A DNA stretch of 64,000 nt. Origin: Vulcanimicrobiota bacterium (GTDB lineage: Bacteria; Vulcanimicrobiota; Vulcanimicrobiia; Eremiobacterales; Eremiobacteraceae). The DNA lies in NCBI GenBank assembly GCA_963812135.1, contig CAWETU010000001.1, positions 800,001 through 864,000 on the forward strand, given 5' to 3'. Within the stretch, counting starts at the first letter, position 1; every line of letters starts with the position of its first letter. Positions 1 through 10,785 of the stretch are shown one piece after another. Under the pieces are notes generated by a model that did no database searches, was not told the DNA's origin, and saw nothing but the letters and a program-made list of their open reading frames with translations. The translations under genes and the position numbers were made by a program.

Positions 1-764
1 GGCTTCTTGGCGCAGTTCTTCTGATTCTGGGACTCGTTGGTGCTTGGCAAATACTTGGATGGCTCTGGCACCTATTTTCTTCACCAGCGGCCTGGATCGC
101 CGTAGCCGAATTCTGGCAGGAGCATATCGCGCCGAACGCAGCCACCTGGGTTCCGGCGGCGATCACAGCCTCGGCGACAACGGTTCTAGCTTTCGCAACC
201 TGGGCACTCTTACGAATCGCCAGAGCGCAGGTATCGTCGGATGCGCCGTTCCTTTCGCTCGGCATAATAGACCCGCCGGCGCAGCCAGCCTTCCCACAGC
301 TTGCACCCCATTTTGCGGCAGCACCGCAGATGTACGCACAGCCCTTCCCAACGGAAGACCTCGCGCACCCACAGCTAGCTCCATACATAGTTAACCAGGC
401 GCCGAATTATGTTCAACTGGTCGTCTCCAATGATCAGCAGAAGCCGCACGGCGCGGCAGCTGATATCGCAATTGATATGACCTTGTGGTTTGGTGCAGCG
501 GATACCGCACTCGCGCATCCGTACATGCTTAGGCGAACGGCACGTATCTCGGCTCTGCGAGCGAGCAGCAGCACCACTGGCCCAATTTTCAACATTGGCA
601 GTTTGACCGGATATACCGTGATGATTAACGATATTTCATATAAGGATGTTCAAGGTCGTACACGTCGCTCAGCTGTTGGCACTAGCTTCTTCCGCAGATA
701 CCAGTCTGGCGCGCAAGTACTGTTGACGAGGGTCTTCCAACCCGTGAGAGGGGAACTTGGTTAG
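1..764 (+). CDS. Hypothetical membrane protein, 5'-truncated by the window edge
   Basis: Frame of ORF 330..764 is open back to base 3 (LLGAVLLILGLVGAWQILGWLWHLF...TVLAFATWALLRIA), giving two hydrophobic segments; visibly lower GC than the rest of the window. Confidence 0.6.
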   Translation, partial: LLGAVLLILGLVGAWQILGWLWHLFSSPAAWIAVAEFWQEHIAPNAATWVPAAITASATTVLAFATWALLRIARAQVSSDAPFLSLGIIDPPAQPAFPQLAPHFAAAPQMYAQPFPTEDLAHPQLAPYIVNQAPNYVQLVVSNDQQKPHGAAADIAIDMTLWFGAADTALAHPYMLRRTARISALRASSSTTGPIFNIGSLTGYTVMINDISYKDVQGRTRRSAVGTSFFRRYQSGAQVLLTRVFQPVRGELG

Positions 765-796
765 CGCACGAATCGTGTAGCTAGAGGTGAATTGCT

Positions 797-991
797 ATGC
801 CATCTACGGTGGATTGGCCTGAGGCCGCCGAGAAACTGAACCCCAAGGTAGACGACTCGATTGGATCCGAGTCGCGCGTAGAGTTCGTGCCTCCGCCATC
901 GTTCCTCGGGTGGATTGTTTTCATTCTTCTTGCCCCATTTGCAACGTATTCTCGTCCGAAGCCTGATCAACCCGGGGAAGAAGCGGCCTAA
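797..991 (+). CDS. Small hypothetical protein with one hydrophobic segment
   Basis: AGAGGTG RBS before the ATG; FLGWIVFILLAPFA segment. Confidence 0.45.
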   Translation: MPSTVDWPEAAEKLNPKVDDSIGSESRVEFVPPPSFLGWIVFILLAPFATYSRPKPDQPGEEAA

Positions 992-1229
992 CTCGATTCC
1001 ATCGAGCTGACCAAGGCCTCCAAAATCGGATATAGTTACAACTGGGCTTCGGCTGACAGCCGCGATTTCTGTTTGTGCGTGCAATGGGTTTCGCGGGTGC
1101 CGCTTACTTTTATGGTAGTTCCAAAAGGCAATGTGGCCCGGACCATCCATTAGTCGCAATCGAATCCGCTTTTCTTTTCCGACTGGCAAGCAGTTAGCTC
1201 AAGGTTCCACAAACGGCGCCACGAGGCAG

Positions 1230-2619
1230 CTACTGGACGAGCGTGGGCCAGCGCTCCAAGTCGCTGATGAGGTCGTCGACGATCGATTCGTGCTCCGGCT
1301 TCATCAGCACGCATCGCACGACTGAGCAATCCTGTGCATCCCAATCGACTGATGGTAGCGCGGCGCGGCCAAACGCGCCACCAATGCGCCACTTCGCGAC
1401 GTAGAATGGCCGGCGTGCGTCGCGCATCAGGGCGACGAACAGCGCTTCGGTGCGAGCCGAGATCGCCGTGACGGCGACTCGTTCGTCCGGTCGGCACGGC
1501 GCGAACGTCACGATATCGAGTTCGGGCTCGACCACCGGCAGCAATGCACCACCGCGGCGCGCTCGCTCGATCGCCGCGAGCGCAGCGCGTCTGCACGCGA
1601 GCAAGATCGGTCCGAGTCCTTCCGATGGACGCAGCGGCAGCGCGCGCAGCGTCGTCCACAACGCCGCCGCGGCGGCTCCGGCGCGCGAGCACTCAAGGCT
1701 GATCTCACCCAAGTGCAACTCCGCCGATGTGAAGTAGGTGTACGGCGAGTCGTGCTTGTACAACGCGCCGACGCTCGGATCGGCGAACAGCACACAGCCG
1801 CAGCCATACGGCTGAAGCCCATGTTTATGGGGATCGACCACGATCGAATCACAGCGCCGGAAGCGCGGCCCAAGTCTGCGGCCGCATTCGCGCTTCCGGG
1901 AGATCGGCGATCAACGCATAGAAACCGCCATAGGCGGCGTCAGCGTGCACGCGCCAACCGCGCTCGCGCGCGAGAGCGGTGATCTCGTCAAGCGGATCGA
2001 TCGCCCCGGCAGCAGTGGTTCCGGGAGTCGCCACGATCGTTCCGATGTTCGCGTCACTCTTCAAGGCGCGCAGCGCGGCCACATCGAGTCTGCCGCGCGC
2101 GTCGACCGGCAGCACGACCGTTTCGACGCCGAGCACTTCGCACATGCGCGCGTGCGTGTAATGCGCTTCGCTGGAAAATGCGATGCGCTTGCCTGGATGA
2201 AGCCGCGACGCTACCCATAGCGCTTCAAGATTCGCGATGGTGCCCGAACTCGTCAGATGGCCGAGCGCGCCGTCATCGTATCCGAAGAGTTGCGCGATCT
2301 GCGCGACGCACTCCCGTTCCAGCGCAGCGGTGGCCGGTCCGCCGTCGAGCGCGTGATTGTTGGGATTGATGCGAGCTGCGGTAAGATATGCCGCGAGCGC
2401 CACGGGATGCGGCGGCTTGAGCATCTGCCCGGCGTAGTCAGGATGGAAGAAGGGATAGTTGTCGCGCAGTCGCTCGACGAGCGCGTCTATCGCAGCCTCG
2501 GCAGTTGCAGCATCGACATCGGAAACCGCAGCCGTCTCAAAGGGACGCCAGTTACGCTCCCATGCCGCAACGCCGTCCAAACCGCGAGCGATCAGGCCAC
2601 GGAATTGAGACTCGTCCAT
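1230..2619 (-). CDS. Group II PLP-dependent decarboxylase (Asp/Tyr/Glu decarboxylase family), frameshifted near 1857
   Basis: ORF 1849..2619 has TSSGTIAN and HADAAYGG; ORF 1230..1841 has the PLP-lysine motif VDPHKH; removing one base gives continuous WAALPRCDSIVVDPHKH. Confidence 0.85.
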
Positions 2620-2634
2620 ATGGGCGACCTCTGA

Positions 2635-5600
2635 TCAGAGTTCGGTGACGGTCGAGAACAGGTCGTCGAGGTCTTCGCGCGTCAAGCTCTTGGCGAACGC
2701 GGCGTCGCTTGAAATCACCGAATCGGCTAGCGCTTGTTTGCGCTGCTGCAACGCTTGGATCTTCTGCTCGACCGATCCGATCGTGACGAGCCGGTACGCG
2801 GTGACCGGTTTGGTCTGGCCGATGCGGTGCGTGCGATCGATGGCTTGGCGTTCGATCGCCGGATTCCACCACGGGTCGTACAGCACGACGTAGTCGGCTT
2901 CGGTCACGGTCAATCCCACGCCGCCCGCCTTGAGGCTCATGAGGAAGATCGGCGGACCGTCTTCGCGCTTGAAGTCCTCGAGCACTTTGGCGCGGTTCTT
3001 GGTCGTGCCGTCAAGATACGAATATGTGCGGCCGCGCGCATCGAACGCCTCGCGGATGATGCCGAGCATCTCGGTGAACGACGAGAACACAAGCACGCGA
3101 TGGCCCGACTCGACGATCGACTCGGCGAGTTCCATAAACGCCGAGAACTTGCCCGACGCGTCTTCGTCTTCGCGCCAGTGTTCGCCGACCAGACCCGGAT
3201 GGTTGCAGATCTGGCGCAGCTTGGTGAGCGCGGCGAGGATCGAGAGCTGCGCGCGCCCGATGCCGTGCTCGTCGACTTCGCGCATGATCTCGCGCCGCGC
3301 GCGCAGGACGACTTCCTTATACGCTTTGCGCTGCGACTGCGTCATCTCGCACTCGATGGTCTGCTCGGTGCGCGACGGCAAGTCGGCGGCGACCTGTGTC
3401 TTGAGACGCCGGATCATAAAGGGCTGGACGCGCTTGGCGAGACGCTGCTGCTTCTCGACGTCGCCGTCGCGCATGATGGGCGTTTCAAACGTCGCGCGGA
3501 AATGGCTCTCGTTGCCCAGCAGGCCCGGCATGACGAAGTCCATGATCGACCATAGATCGAGCACGGAGTTTTCGATCGGCGTGCCGGTGAGCGCGAGGCG
3601 CTGCTCGGAGACGAGCGACTTGATGACCTGCGAGATCTTGGCTTGCGGATTCTTGATCTGCTGCGCTTCGTCCAGCACGACCGTCCGGAACTGGATCTTC
3701 GACAAGCTCTCCGCGTCGCGGCGCGCCAGCGCGTAGGAGGTCACGAGCAGATCGTACTTGTCGGCGCTGTTGTAGACGTCTTCACGCCCGGCGCCGGCGG
3801 ACAGCAACGAGACTTTCAATTCGGGCGTGAAGCGTGCGACCTCGCCGACCCACGTGTGCGTGACGGACGTCGGGCAGACGATCAGGCTTGGCGCGCTGCC
3901 GCGGCGTTGGCGCTCGCGCTCGAGATAGGAGAGCACTTGCAGCGTCTTGCCGAGGCCCATGTCGTCGGCCAGGATGCCGCCGAAGGCGTAGCGTCCGAGA
4001 TACGCGAGAAAATCAAGACCGCGGCGTTGATATGGACGCAAGATCTTCGCGAGATGCTTGGGCGGCTCGCATTCTTCGATGCCGGAGAAGCCGCGCACCG
4101 CTTCGCGCAACGCGCGCAACTGCTCGGGGAGTTCGGCGTCGCCGCATGCCTTGGCGAGATCGTCGTAGACCGAAAGCATCTGCGCGGCCGTGAGCCTCGT
4201 CTTGCCGCCACGCTCGAGGCCGCCGCCGAATCCGCCGGTCGCTTCGCGCAGCAGCGCGAACGACGAGAGGTCGATGAACTGCCCGTCGGAGAGCCGGTGA
4301 TATCGGCCGGCGCTTTGCCACAGCGCTTTGATGTCGTCGGCGGTGAGCTTTTGTCCGTCGAGCAGCAGTTCGACCGAGATCTCCAACCAGTCGATCGGGC
4401 CGAAGAGATTTGCCGCGCCCTTCGCGCCTTTGACTTTGGTCGCCGGCTTCTCATCGCTGTCGACGGTGACCGAGACCTGCAGCACCTTCGGGCCTTGCAC
4501 GAGAGACTTGACGGTCTCGTCCATGTCGAGCTGATAATCCGCGCGCCATCCCGGCAAGATCTCGGTGCCAAATTGATACGCGGCGTCGGTCGGCTCGACG
4601 CGCCAGCCGGTCTCGTCGTAGCGCGGCACCGTTTCGTCGGGTCGCAGCGCGGCGAGTTGTTCATACACGTCAGCGGCTGGCCGGCAGCCGGCCGCCTCGA
4701 TACGCGCGCGCAATCGTTGTGCCAGCTCGGGCGTGCAATACGCGTAGCGCGCTTCGACGCCTTTCTTGCCGCTGTCCACGCGTTGGAGCGGATTGAAATC
4801 CTGCGGCGTCACGCGCCAGTTCGCGCCGCTGCGCGCATCTTCGATCGACGCCTCGACGGTGATGCCATCGCCCTGCCAGTACAACTTGAGCAGCGTCTGC
4901 AGCGACATCTCGTCCGCCAACACCATGAGCGACGAGGCCGTGTCGCGGTCGAGGAAACCATGAGCGCGCGCCAAGAACAGCGGCACTTCGTTCGCGGCGA
5001 TCGGCACGCTGCCGCTCGCCAGCCGCTCGACGATGCGCAGGCTGAAGCTGCCGTCGTGCAGATAGAACGTGCCACCGTCGTACAACCACGCGGGCGTTCC
5101 GTCGATCGGGCGCACCGCAGAGACGTCGACCGTCGTGCCGTCGGGCCGCACGAAGACGCCGGAGAGCACCAGGTCGCCGTGCTCGTCGCGCGTGCCGGAG
5201 AGGCGCAGATGCAACGGCGCGAGCGCGATCTTGACGAGCGGCATGGCTTCAGGGTGAGCGCCGAGGTGGTCGTCGTAGCGCACGCGGGGATGGGAGATCA
5301 GCCGCAAGAGCAGCTGCGAGAAATTGTTGGTCAGCGCTTTGGTCTGCTCGCTCGTCGCGCGCGCGAGCGCATAGTCGGCGGGCGTGCCGAACATCGAGCC
5401 CAACGACGCGTCGGCGAGCAGCGCGCTATCGTGACGATCCCACTCTTCGCCGGTGAGGTTCGCTTGCCGCGTCGTGCGGTAGAGCTGCTGAAGATCGGCA
5501 TGCGTGCGCGCGACGCCATGCAGCTTCGGCGCATCGAGGCACAGCCGCGCGTAGAAGACGCCGAGGCGATCGTCGAACCCGACCACGACCCAGAGGCGCC

Positions 5601-6168
5601 GGCGCGGGGCCACGCTTTCGTGGTGCGGCGTGAGCAGGTCGAGCAGCTCGGGCGGCGTCGGAGCGACGGCGACCGGCGAGCCGTTGCGTGGCTGCTCGCC
5701 GTTGGCGGTGGCTTTGCCGTTGCCAACGGTGTGGCCGTTGCCCGCGGCAGGCGAGGCCGCCGGCGGAGTCGCGGGCGCTTCGGTGTCGCGCGTCGAGAGC
5801 TCGATCAAGGTGTACAGCGCTGCGACCGCGTGCTTGCAATCGTAGCCGTATCGGCACGTGCAATTGCACCGCATCCCCAAGGGAAGGCGCGACGAGTCGC
5901 GGGTGAGCGTGGTGGTGTGGGTCTCGGTGTCTGCGACGGTGCCGACGATGTCGTTGCGCCGTAGATTCAGACTGCGGACTTTGCTGCGCTGGAATGCGGC
6001 GAGCCCTTGCGCGATGATCGTCTTGGGAAACGTGCCTTCGATCGCCGCTTGCGTCGGAATGCTTGCTTGCCAGGCCCCCAGCGGCGCGCCGCCTCGTTCG
6101 GGCGCGACGCCCTCTTCGAAACGCAACATGACAGGTTGTGCGGACTTGCTCGCCGCGCGGACAGCCAT
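2635..6168 (-). CDS. SNF2/SWI2-family helicase with N-terminal SWIM zinc finger
   Basis: CNCTC...CKH SWIM motif; LADDMGLGKT, DEAQ, LTGTPIEN, SLKAGGVGL, DPWWNP and QAIDRTHRIGQ helicase motifs. Confidence 0.95.
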   Translation of the reverse strand: MAVRAASKSAQPVMLRFEEGVAPERGGAPLGAWQASIPTQAAIEGTFPKTIIAQGLAAFQRSKVRSLNLRRNDIVGTVADTETHTTTLTRDSSRLPLGMRCNCTCRYGYDCKHAVAALYTLIELSTRDTEAPATPPAASPAAGNGHTVGNGKATANGEQPRNGSPVAVAPTPPELLDLLTPHHESVAPRRRLWVVVGFDDRLGVFYARLCLDAPKLHGVARTHADLQQLYRTTRQANLTGEEWDRHDSALLADASLGSMFGTPADYALARATSEQTKALTNNFSQLLLRLISHPRVRYDDHLGAHPEAMPLVKIALAPLHLRLSGTRDEHGDLVLSGVFVRPDGTTVDVSAVRPIDGTPAWLYDGGTFYLHDGSFSLRIVERLASGSVPIAANEVPLFLARAHGFLDRDTASSLMVLADEMSLQTLLKLYWQGDGITVEASIEDARSGANWRVTPQDFNPLQRVDSGKKGVEARYAYCTPELAQRLRARIEAAGCRPAADVYEQLAALRPDETVPRYDETGWRVEPTDAAYQFGTEILPGWRADYQLDMDETVKSLVQGPKVLQVSVTVDSDEKPATKVKGAKGAANLFGPIDWLEISVELLLDGQKLTADDIKALWQSAGRYHRLSDGQFIDLSSFALLREATGGFGGGLERGGKTRLTAAQMLSVYDDLAKACGDAELPEQLRALREAVRGFSGIEECEPPKHLAKILRPYQRRGLDFLAYLGRYAFGGILADDMGLGKTLQVLSYLERERQRRGSAPSLIVCPTSVTHTWVGEVARFTPELKVSLLSAGAGREDVYNSADKYDLLVTSYALARRDAESLSKIQFRTVVLDEAQQIKNPQAKISQVIKSLVSEQRLALTGTPIENSVLDLWSIMDFVMPGLLGNESHFRATFETPIMRDGDVEKQQRLAKRVQPFMIRRLKTQVAADLPSRTEQTIECEMTQSQRKAYKEVVLRARREIMREVDEHGIGRAQLSILAALTKLRQICNHPGLVGEHWREDEDASGKFSAFMELAESIVESGHRVLVFSSFTEMLGIIREAFDARGRTYSYLDGTTKNRAKVLEDFKREDGPPIFLMSLKAGGVGLTVTEADYVVLYDPWWNPAIERQAIDRTHRIGQTKPVTAYRLVTIGSVEQKIQALQQRKQALADSVISSDAAFAKSLTREDLDDLFSTVTEL

Positions 6169-6296
6169 ACTTGTTTCGTATTCGCCAAGACGGGCCCAGG
6201 CCTCCCGCCTAGGACGCCGCCATCATTTGACCGAATCGGCTCTCAGCGTCGAACATATCGCTTCGTGTCATTCGTCTTTGATGGAGGATTTGCACC

Positions 6297-7200
6297 ATGG
6301 AGCGCCGATTGCGGTTTCTTTCCTTCGCATTGTATGCTGGCTTCGCGGCACTCGTCGTTGCCGCGCTTCCGCTGTTCGGCGCGACTGCGCCGCCAGACGC
6401 AGCTCCAGTACACTAGGACGTCGAAGGCGTCGATGCCGGGCCCGATGAGCATGTTCGTCCATCCCAAAGCGACCAGCGAGACGACGACGATCGGGCCGAC
6501 CCGCATGCGCACCGACGACGGCAGCAACAACACGAGTCAAATCATCCAATGCGACATGAAGCGCATCATAAGTGTCGACAACAACGCGAAGACGTACTGG
6601 TCGATGACCTTCGATCAGATGAAAGCCGCGATGGCGGCCGCTCAGGCGCAAATGCAGGCGCAGATGAAGGGCCGGACGCCGCCGCCGGCTCCATCGGGTC
6701 CCGCCCAGCCTCCGGTCGAAGGGTCGGGCGGCCTGACGCTCAGCGTCAACACCGTCAACGATCCGAACACGCGCCAGTTCTTCGGCATGACCGCACACCA
6801 CGTCACCGAGACGATCAGCGGCACCGCGAATGGGACCGGCCAATGTCCGAGCGGAACGCTGACCATGACCAACGACGAATGGTACATCGCGAACCCGGTC
6901 ACGTTCTCGTGCCCGGTCCCCCGTATGCAGGCGCCGCCACCGCCGCCGATGCAGCAAGGCGGTCCGAAGGGGTCGAACCCGTGCATGTCGAGTTTCCAAT
7001 TCCAAGCGAGCGGCAAAGCGCATACCACGGATCGCTTCGCGTTTATTCAAGACACCACGATCAACCTCGGTATCAAGATCGCCACACACGAAGAAGTGAC
7101 GAAGTACGAAACGCAGCCGTACGATCCGTCGTTCTTCAACCCACCCGCGGGCTACAGCCAAGTCTCGCCGCCCTCGGACTTCTCGGGCGGGGCGCACTAA
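6297..7200 (+). CDS. Secreted protein (DUF4412-like), frameshifted near 6385-6400
   Basis: GGAGG RBS, then ATG 6297 encoding signal peptide MERRLRFLSFALYAGFAALVVAALPLFGATA; mature part continues in the frame of ORF 6007..7200 and ends DPSFFNPPAGYSQV. Confidence 0.65.
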
Positions 7201-7233
7201 GCCGACAGGATTGCGCGCGGGGCGCACCGGAAA

Positions 7234-8323
7234 GTGCGTCCCGTGCAACCGCTCTCGATACCAGGTCTCTTCACGTGGTCGGTGTGGCAACCCGACCGCA
7301 ACGTGTTCTTCAACTCGTACTTCATCGGGCGCGATGACGGCAATATCGTCGTCGACCCGCTCGCGTGGACCCCGCAGGACGAAGCAGAGATGCGCGAGCG
7401 CGGCGGCGTGGCGTGGATCATCATCACCAATCGCGATCACGAGCGCCGCTCGCGCGACCTCGCGGCGCTTTTCGCGGCGAAGATCGCAGCGAGCGAGCGC
7501 GATGCACCGTTGCTCTCGGGTCCAGTCGATCGCATCCTGCGTGAGGGCGATAAAGTGTTCCCCGGCATCGCGATCATCGAGCTCGAGGGTCTGAAGTCGC
7601 CGGGCGAGATCGCGCTGCACCTGCTCCGGCACAAAACCACGATCGTCGGCGACAGCTTGTGGGGCGATCCAGCCGGGCGCGTCCGCTTGCTCCCCGACGA
7701 GAAACTGCTCGATCCAAAAAAAGCGGTGCTCTCGCTGCGCAAGTTGTGGGCGCTGCAGCTTGACGCGCTGCTCGTCGGCGACGGCGCCTGCATCTTCCAC
7801 GGCGCCGACGCGGTGATCGGCGAGTATCTGCAGTCGCGCACCGACGTCTATGTCAACCGCATCAACATCGACGAAGCGCCGGCGGAGACGTCCGACGATA
7901 CGAGCGCAAAAGGGGTGCGCTTCGCCGCCGACGACAAAGAGATCGGGCTGCTACATCGGCGCGCGCAAGCTCGGCTATCGCGTGTCGACGTTGCCTCCCG
8001 GGTCAAGCTTTTGTCCGATGCATTCGCACGCCCGCGAGGAGGAGATGTTCTTCGTGCTGGACGGCACGCCGACGATCCGCACCCCGCGGGGCGACGTCGC
8101 GTGCCGGCGCGGCGACTTCATCTGTTTCCCGATCGGCGTGGCAGGCACGCATCAATTGGCAAACGCGTCCGATGCGCCGTGCACCGTGCTGCTCGTCGGC
8201 AACTACGAGCCTACCGACGAGGTCTGCCGCTATCCGGATTCAGGGAAAGTGATGATCGACTCGGTCGACGGTAGTGTCATTTTGCGCGACGCGCCGGCGC
8301 TCGAGTACTTCGACGGCGAGTAG
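7234..8323 (+). CDS. MBL-fold protein fused to a C-terminal cupin domain, frameshifted at ~7953
   Basis: MBL-like N-terminus (TNRDHER, GKSPGE-like, GD motifs); cupin motif PMHSHAREEEMFFVLDG...GTHQLAN in ORF 7850..8323; removing a7953 joins EIGLL-IGARKLGY. Confidence 0.75.
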
Positions 8324-8350
8324 TCCGGTCGAATAAATTTGACCGCTACA
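8320..8350. repeat. GTAG-type REP-like palindrome, family A
   Basis: GTAGTCCGGTCGAATAAATTTGACCGCTACA between convergent genes; its TAG is the cupin stop codon. Confidence 0.8.
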
Positions 8351-8351
8351 T

Positions 8352-10697
8352 CTAGATCCTGATTTGTTTGAGATAGGTCGCGAGGATGCGGTTGAATTCT
8401 TCGGGTTCGACCGCGTCAGCCGTGCGGAAATCCAACTTCGCCGACGCCTGAGCGCCCGGCCCGTTGGCGGGATTCACGGCCGTGATACTGACCTGAGGTA
8501 AGGTCGCGCGCCACGGTCGCACGTCGGGCGTTTGGGAGAAGACACCGCTAAGCGGCGTCGCCGAAGCGTCGAACATGCTCATCGACGGTAGTCCGAGCGC
8601 GAGCTCGATCGTGCGCAGCACGCTCGACGTCGTGTAATGGGTGTGGTCGACCGCCCCGCGATTGACATATGCCGAGACGACGAGCGCCTCGATGCGCTGA
8701 TTGCTCACGTGATCCGGGCCTGCCTGAGCGTCATCCTCGATGCTGACGAGCAGCGTGTCCTTCCAATACCGGCTGTGGCTCAACGCCTCCACCATCCGGC
8801 CAAGCGCGTAATCGTTGTCGGCGATCATCGCGTAGGGCGTGCGCGCGCCGGGTTTCATCGCAGCCGTGTGATCGCTGGGCAGCCAGATCACTTCGAGCTG
8901 CGGCAGTTCACCATTGGCCTCGAACTGGCGGAATTCGCGCAACCACTCGACGATGCGATCTTGGTCCGAATACGACACATCGAAAGGCCGGTAGGCGACA
9001 TCGAGCAACGCGTCGATTGAAGGCTGCACGCCACGCGCGGGCGAGCTCTCGGAGACCGCTCCCTCACCATAGAGGCGGACGTTGACGCCGTGCTTGACGG
9101 CCACGTCCCAGATGTAGCCCGCGCTCGGCCGTAAGATCGGGTTCGAGAAATCGTAGAAACCGCCGTCGCGTCCGGCGTACGACGCGGGCCACATGCGCTG
9201 CACGTAATCGCTTGCATACGCGCCGTCAGCCCACTCATGACCGTCGGCGCTCACCGTTCCCTCGCCGTCAAAATTATCGAGCAGCACGAATTCGTCGGCG
9301 AGACGATGGATGTTGGGCGTGATGCGCTGTCCGAAGATCGCAAGCGACGCCTGGCCGTTGCCACGCGTGTCGTCACCGAGCACCTCGTCGTACGTGCGGT
9401 TCTCTTTGATGACGTAGATAACGTGTTTGAACGGCGGCAGCGCCGCGGGCGACTGCGGTTGCGGACTGAATGGTGAGTTGGCGCGCGCGATGGCGAGCCC
9501 ACCGGCGAGCGCGCTGCGCGAAAGCGACGTGACGGTCTCGAGGTCGCCGTTGGCGGTATTCGGCGCGTAGTACGTCGAGTTGCGCTGGCCCGGCGGCGTC
9601 ACCGACGAATGCATGAAATCCGGATTGGCGTGCCCCGAGAGTCCTTTGCCGTCGAGCACGTATAAGCGCTTGCCATCCTTGCTCTGCGCGACATCGGTCG
9701 GATACCAGCCCACCGGCACCGCGCCGAACACGAGTGGCGCAGTGCTGGAGACATCGATTGCGACCACGGCATTGGCATCCGCGTCGGCGACGAACAGCGT
9801 GCGGCCGTCGGCGGACATCGTCAGGCCGCTCGGCGTTGCGCCTTCGGGCGATCCCGGGTACAGCCCGACATCGATCTTGCCGCGCAACCGGTCGGTGAGC
9901 GTGTCGATCACGTCGACGGTGTTCTCGTTCGCGCACGCGACGTACAACGTACGCCCGTCGTTGCCCATCAGCAAGGCGCTCGGATGGTCGTCGGTGTTGA
10001 TCGTCGAGACGACGGCTCCGCTGCTCGAGTCGACGACGCTGACTGAGGCAGCGCCCCAATTCGAGACGTAAACGCGCGCGCCGCTGCTCGACAGCGCCAC
10101 GCCGTAGGGCGTGTTTCCGACGTGCGCGGCGAACAGCGTCGTGCTGCTGCGGGTGTTGACCGCGACGAGCGCGTCAGCTCCCGCCACCGCCGCGAAGACG
10201 GTCGAGCTGTCGAGCGACACCGCGAGACCATTGACCCAGATCTTGCCCGAGCCTAACGGCAAAAAGCTACGATCGCCGAGCTTGCCGGTCGACTGATCGA
10301 ATGCGAAACGCGTGATACCGCCGTCATTCGCGGCCGATGCGTACAGCGCATCGCCGCTCGGCGAGAACGCCAGGCCGTAAAACGTATGGGCGATCGATTG
10401 CTGATCGACGATTTTGCCCGTCTCTTGGTTCACGACGTCGATCGAGAGATCGCCAAAGCCCGCGTTTGAGATCGCGAGCCAGTGCCCGTTCTGGTCTTGC
10501 GCGAGCCGCAGCGGCAGGGTGCCGAGCGGCAGGATCGTCGATCCCGCCGGCGTGACGTGCCAGCCGTTTGGAAGGACCGCCACCAAGGCGGCACGCGGCG
10601 CCGAGACTGTGCCCAAAGCACACGCTAGAGCGGCGAGCGCGAACGCAAGGACGGCAAGCCCGATGCGCTGCGTGCGGACAACCATCGGCAACCTCAT
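8352..10697 (-). CDS. Secreted YVTN/YncE beta-propeller plus phosphoesterase (alkaline-phosphatase superfamily) protein
   Basis: Signal peptide; repeated SxDGxxLYV blades; KHVIYVIKENRTYDEVLGD, SADGHEW and EDDAQAGPDHV motifs. Confidence 0.9.
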   Translation of the reverse strand: MRLPMVVRTQRIGLAVLAFALAALACALGTVSAPRAALVAVLPNGWHVTPAGSTILPLGTLPLRLAQDQNGHWLAISNAGFGDLSIDVVNQETGKIVDQQSIAHTFYGLAFSPSGDALYASAANDGGITRFAFDQSTGKLGDRSFLPLGSGKIWVNGLAVSLDSSTVFAAVAGADALVAVNTRSSTTLFAAHVGNTPYGVALSSSGARVYVSNWGAASVSVVDSSSGAVVSTINTDDHPSALLMGNDGRTLYVACANENTVDVIDTLTDRLRGKIDVGLYPGSPEGATPSGLTMSADGRTLFVADADANAVVAIDVSSTAPLVFGAVPVGWYPTDVAQSKDGKRLYVLDGKGLSGHANPDFMHSSVTPPGQRNSTYYAPNTANGDLETVTSLSRSALAGGLAIARANSPFSPQPQSPAALPPFKHVIYVIKENRTYDEVLGDDTRGNGQASLAIFGQRITPNIHRLADEFVLLDNFDGEGTVSADGHEWADGAYASDYVQRMWPASYAGRDGGFYDFSNPILRPSAGYIWDVAVKHGVNVRLYGEGAVSESSPARGVQPSIDALLDVAYRPFDVSYSDQDRIVEWLREFRQFEANGELPQLEVIWLPSDHTAAMKPGARTPYAMIADNDYALGRMVEALSHSRYWKDTLLVSIEDDAQAGPDHVSNQRIEALVVSAYVNRGAVDHTHYTTSSVLRTIELALGLPSMSMFDASATPLSGVFSQTPDVRPWRATLPQVSITAVNPANGPGAQASAKLDFRTADAVEPEEFNRILATYLKQIRI

Positions 10698-10785
10698 ATT
10701 AACTGAAGACATTAGCGGCAAGGCGCTGACGCCGCTAGCTTTTTGGGGCGCAGGTGGCGATGCCTGCCGTTCGAACGAAGCAGCG

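Noticed and set aside
761..1189. 142-aa minus-strand ORF
   Set aside because: Overlaps the RBS-supported 797..991 ORF and has no recognisable motif
3643..5964. 773-aa plus-strand ORF and many other long antisense ORFs (e.g. 13111..14415, 30782..32020, 36145..38025, 49053..50378)
   Set aside because: Shadow frames of well-supported genes, expected in high-GC DNA; no family motifs
2635..6168. SNF2 helicase as an anti-phage defence system
   Set aside because: SWIM-SNF2 is a widespread architecture, and no methylase, nuclease or other defence genes are adjacent
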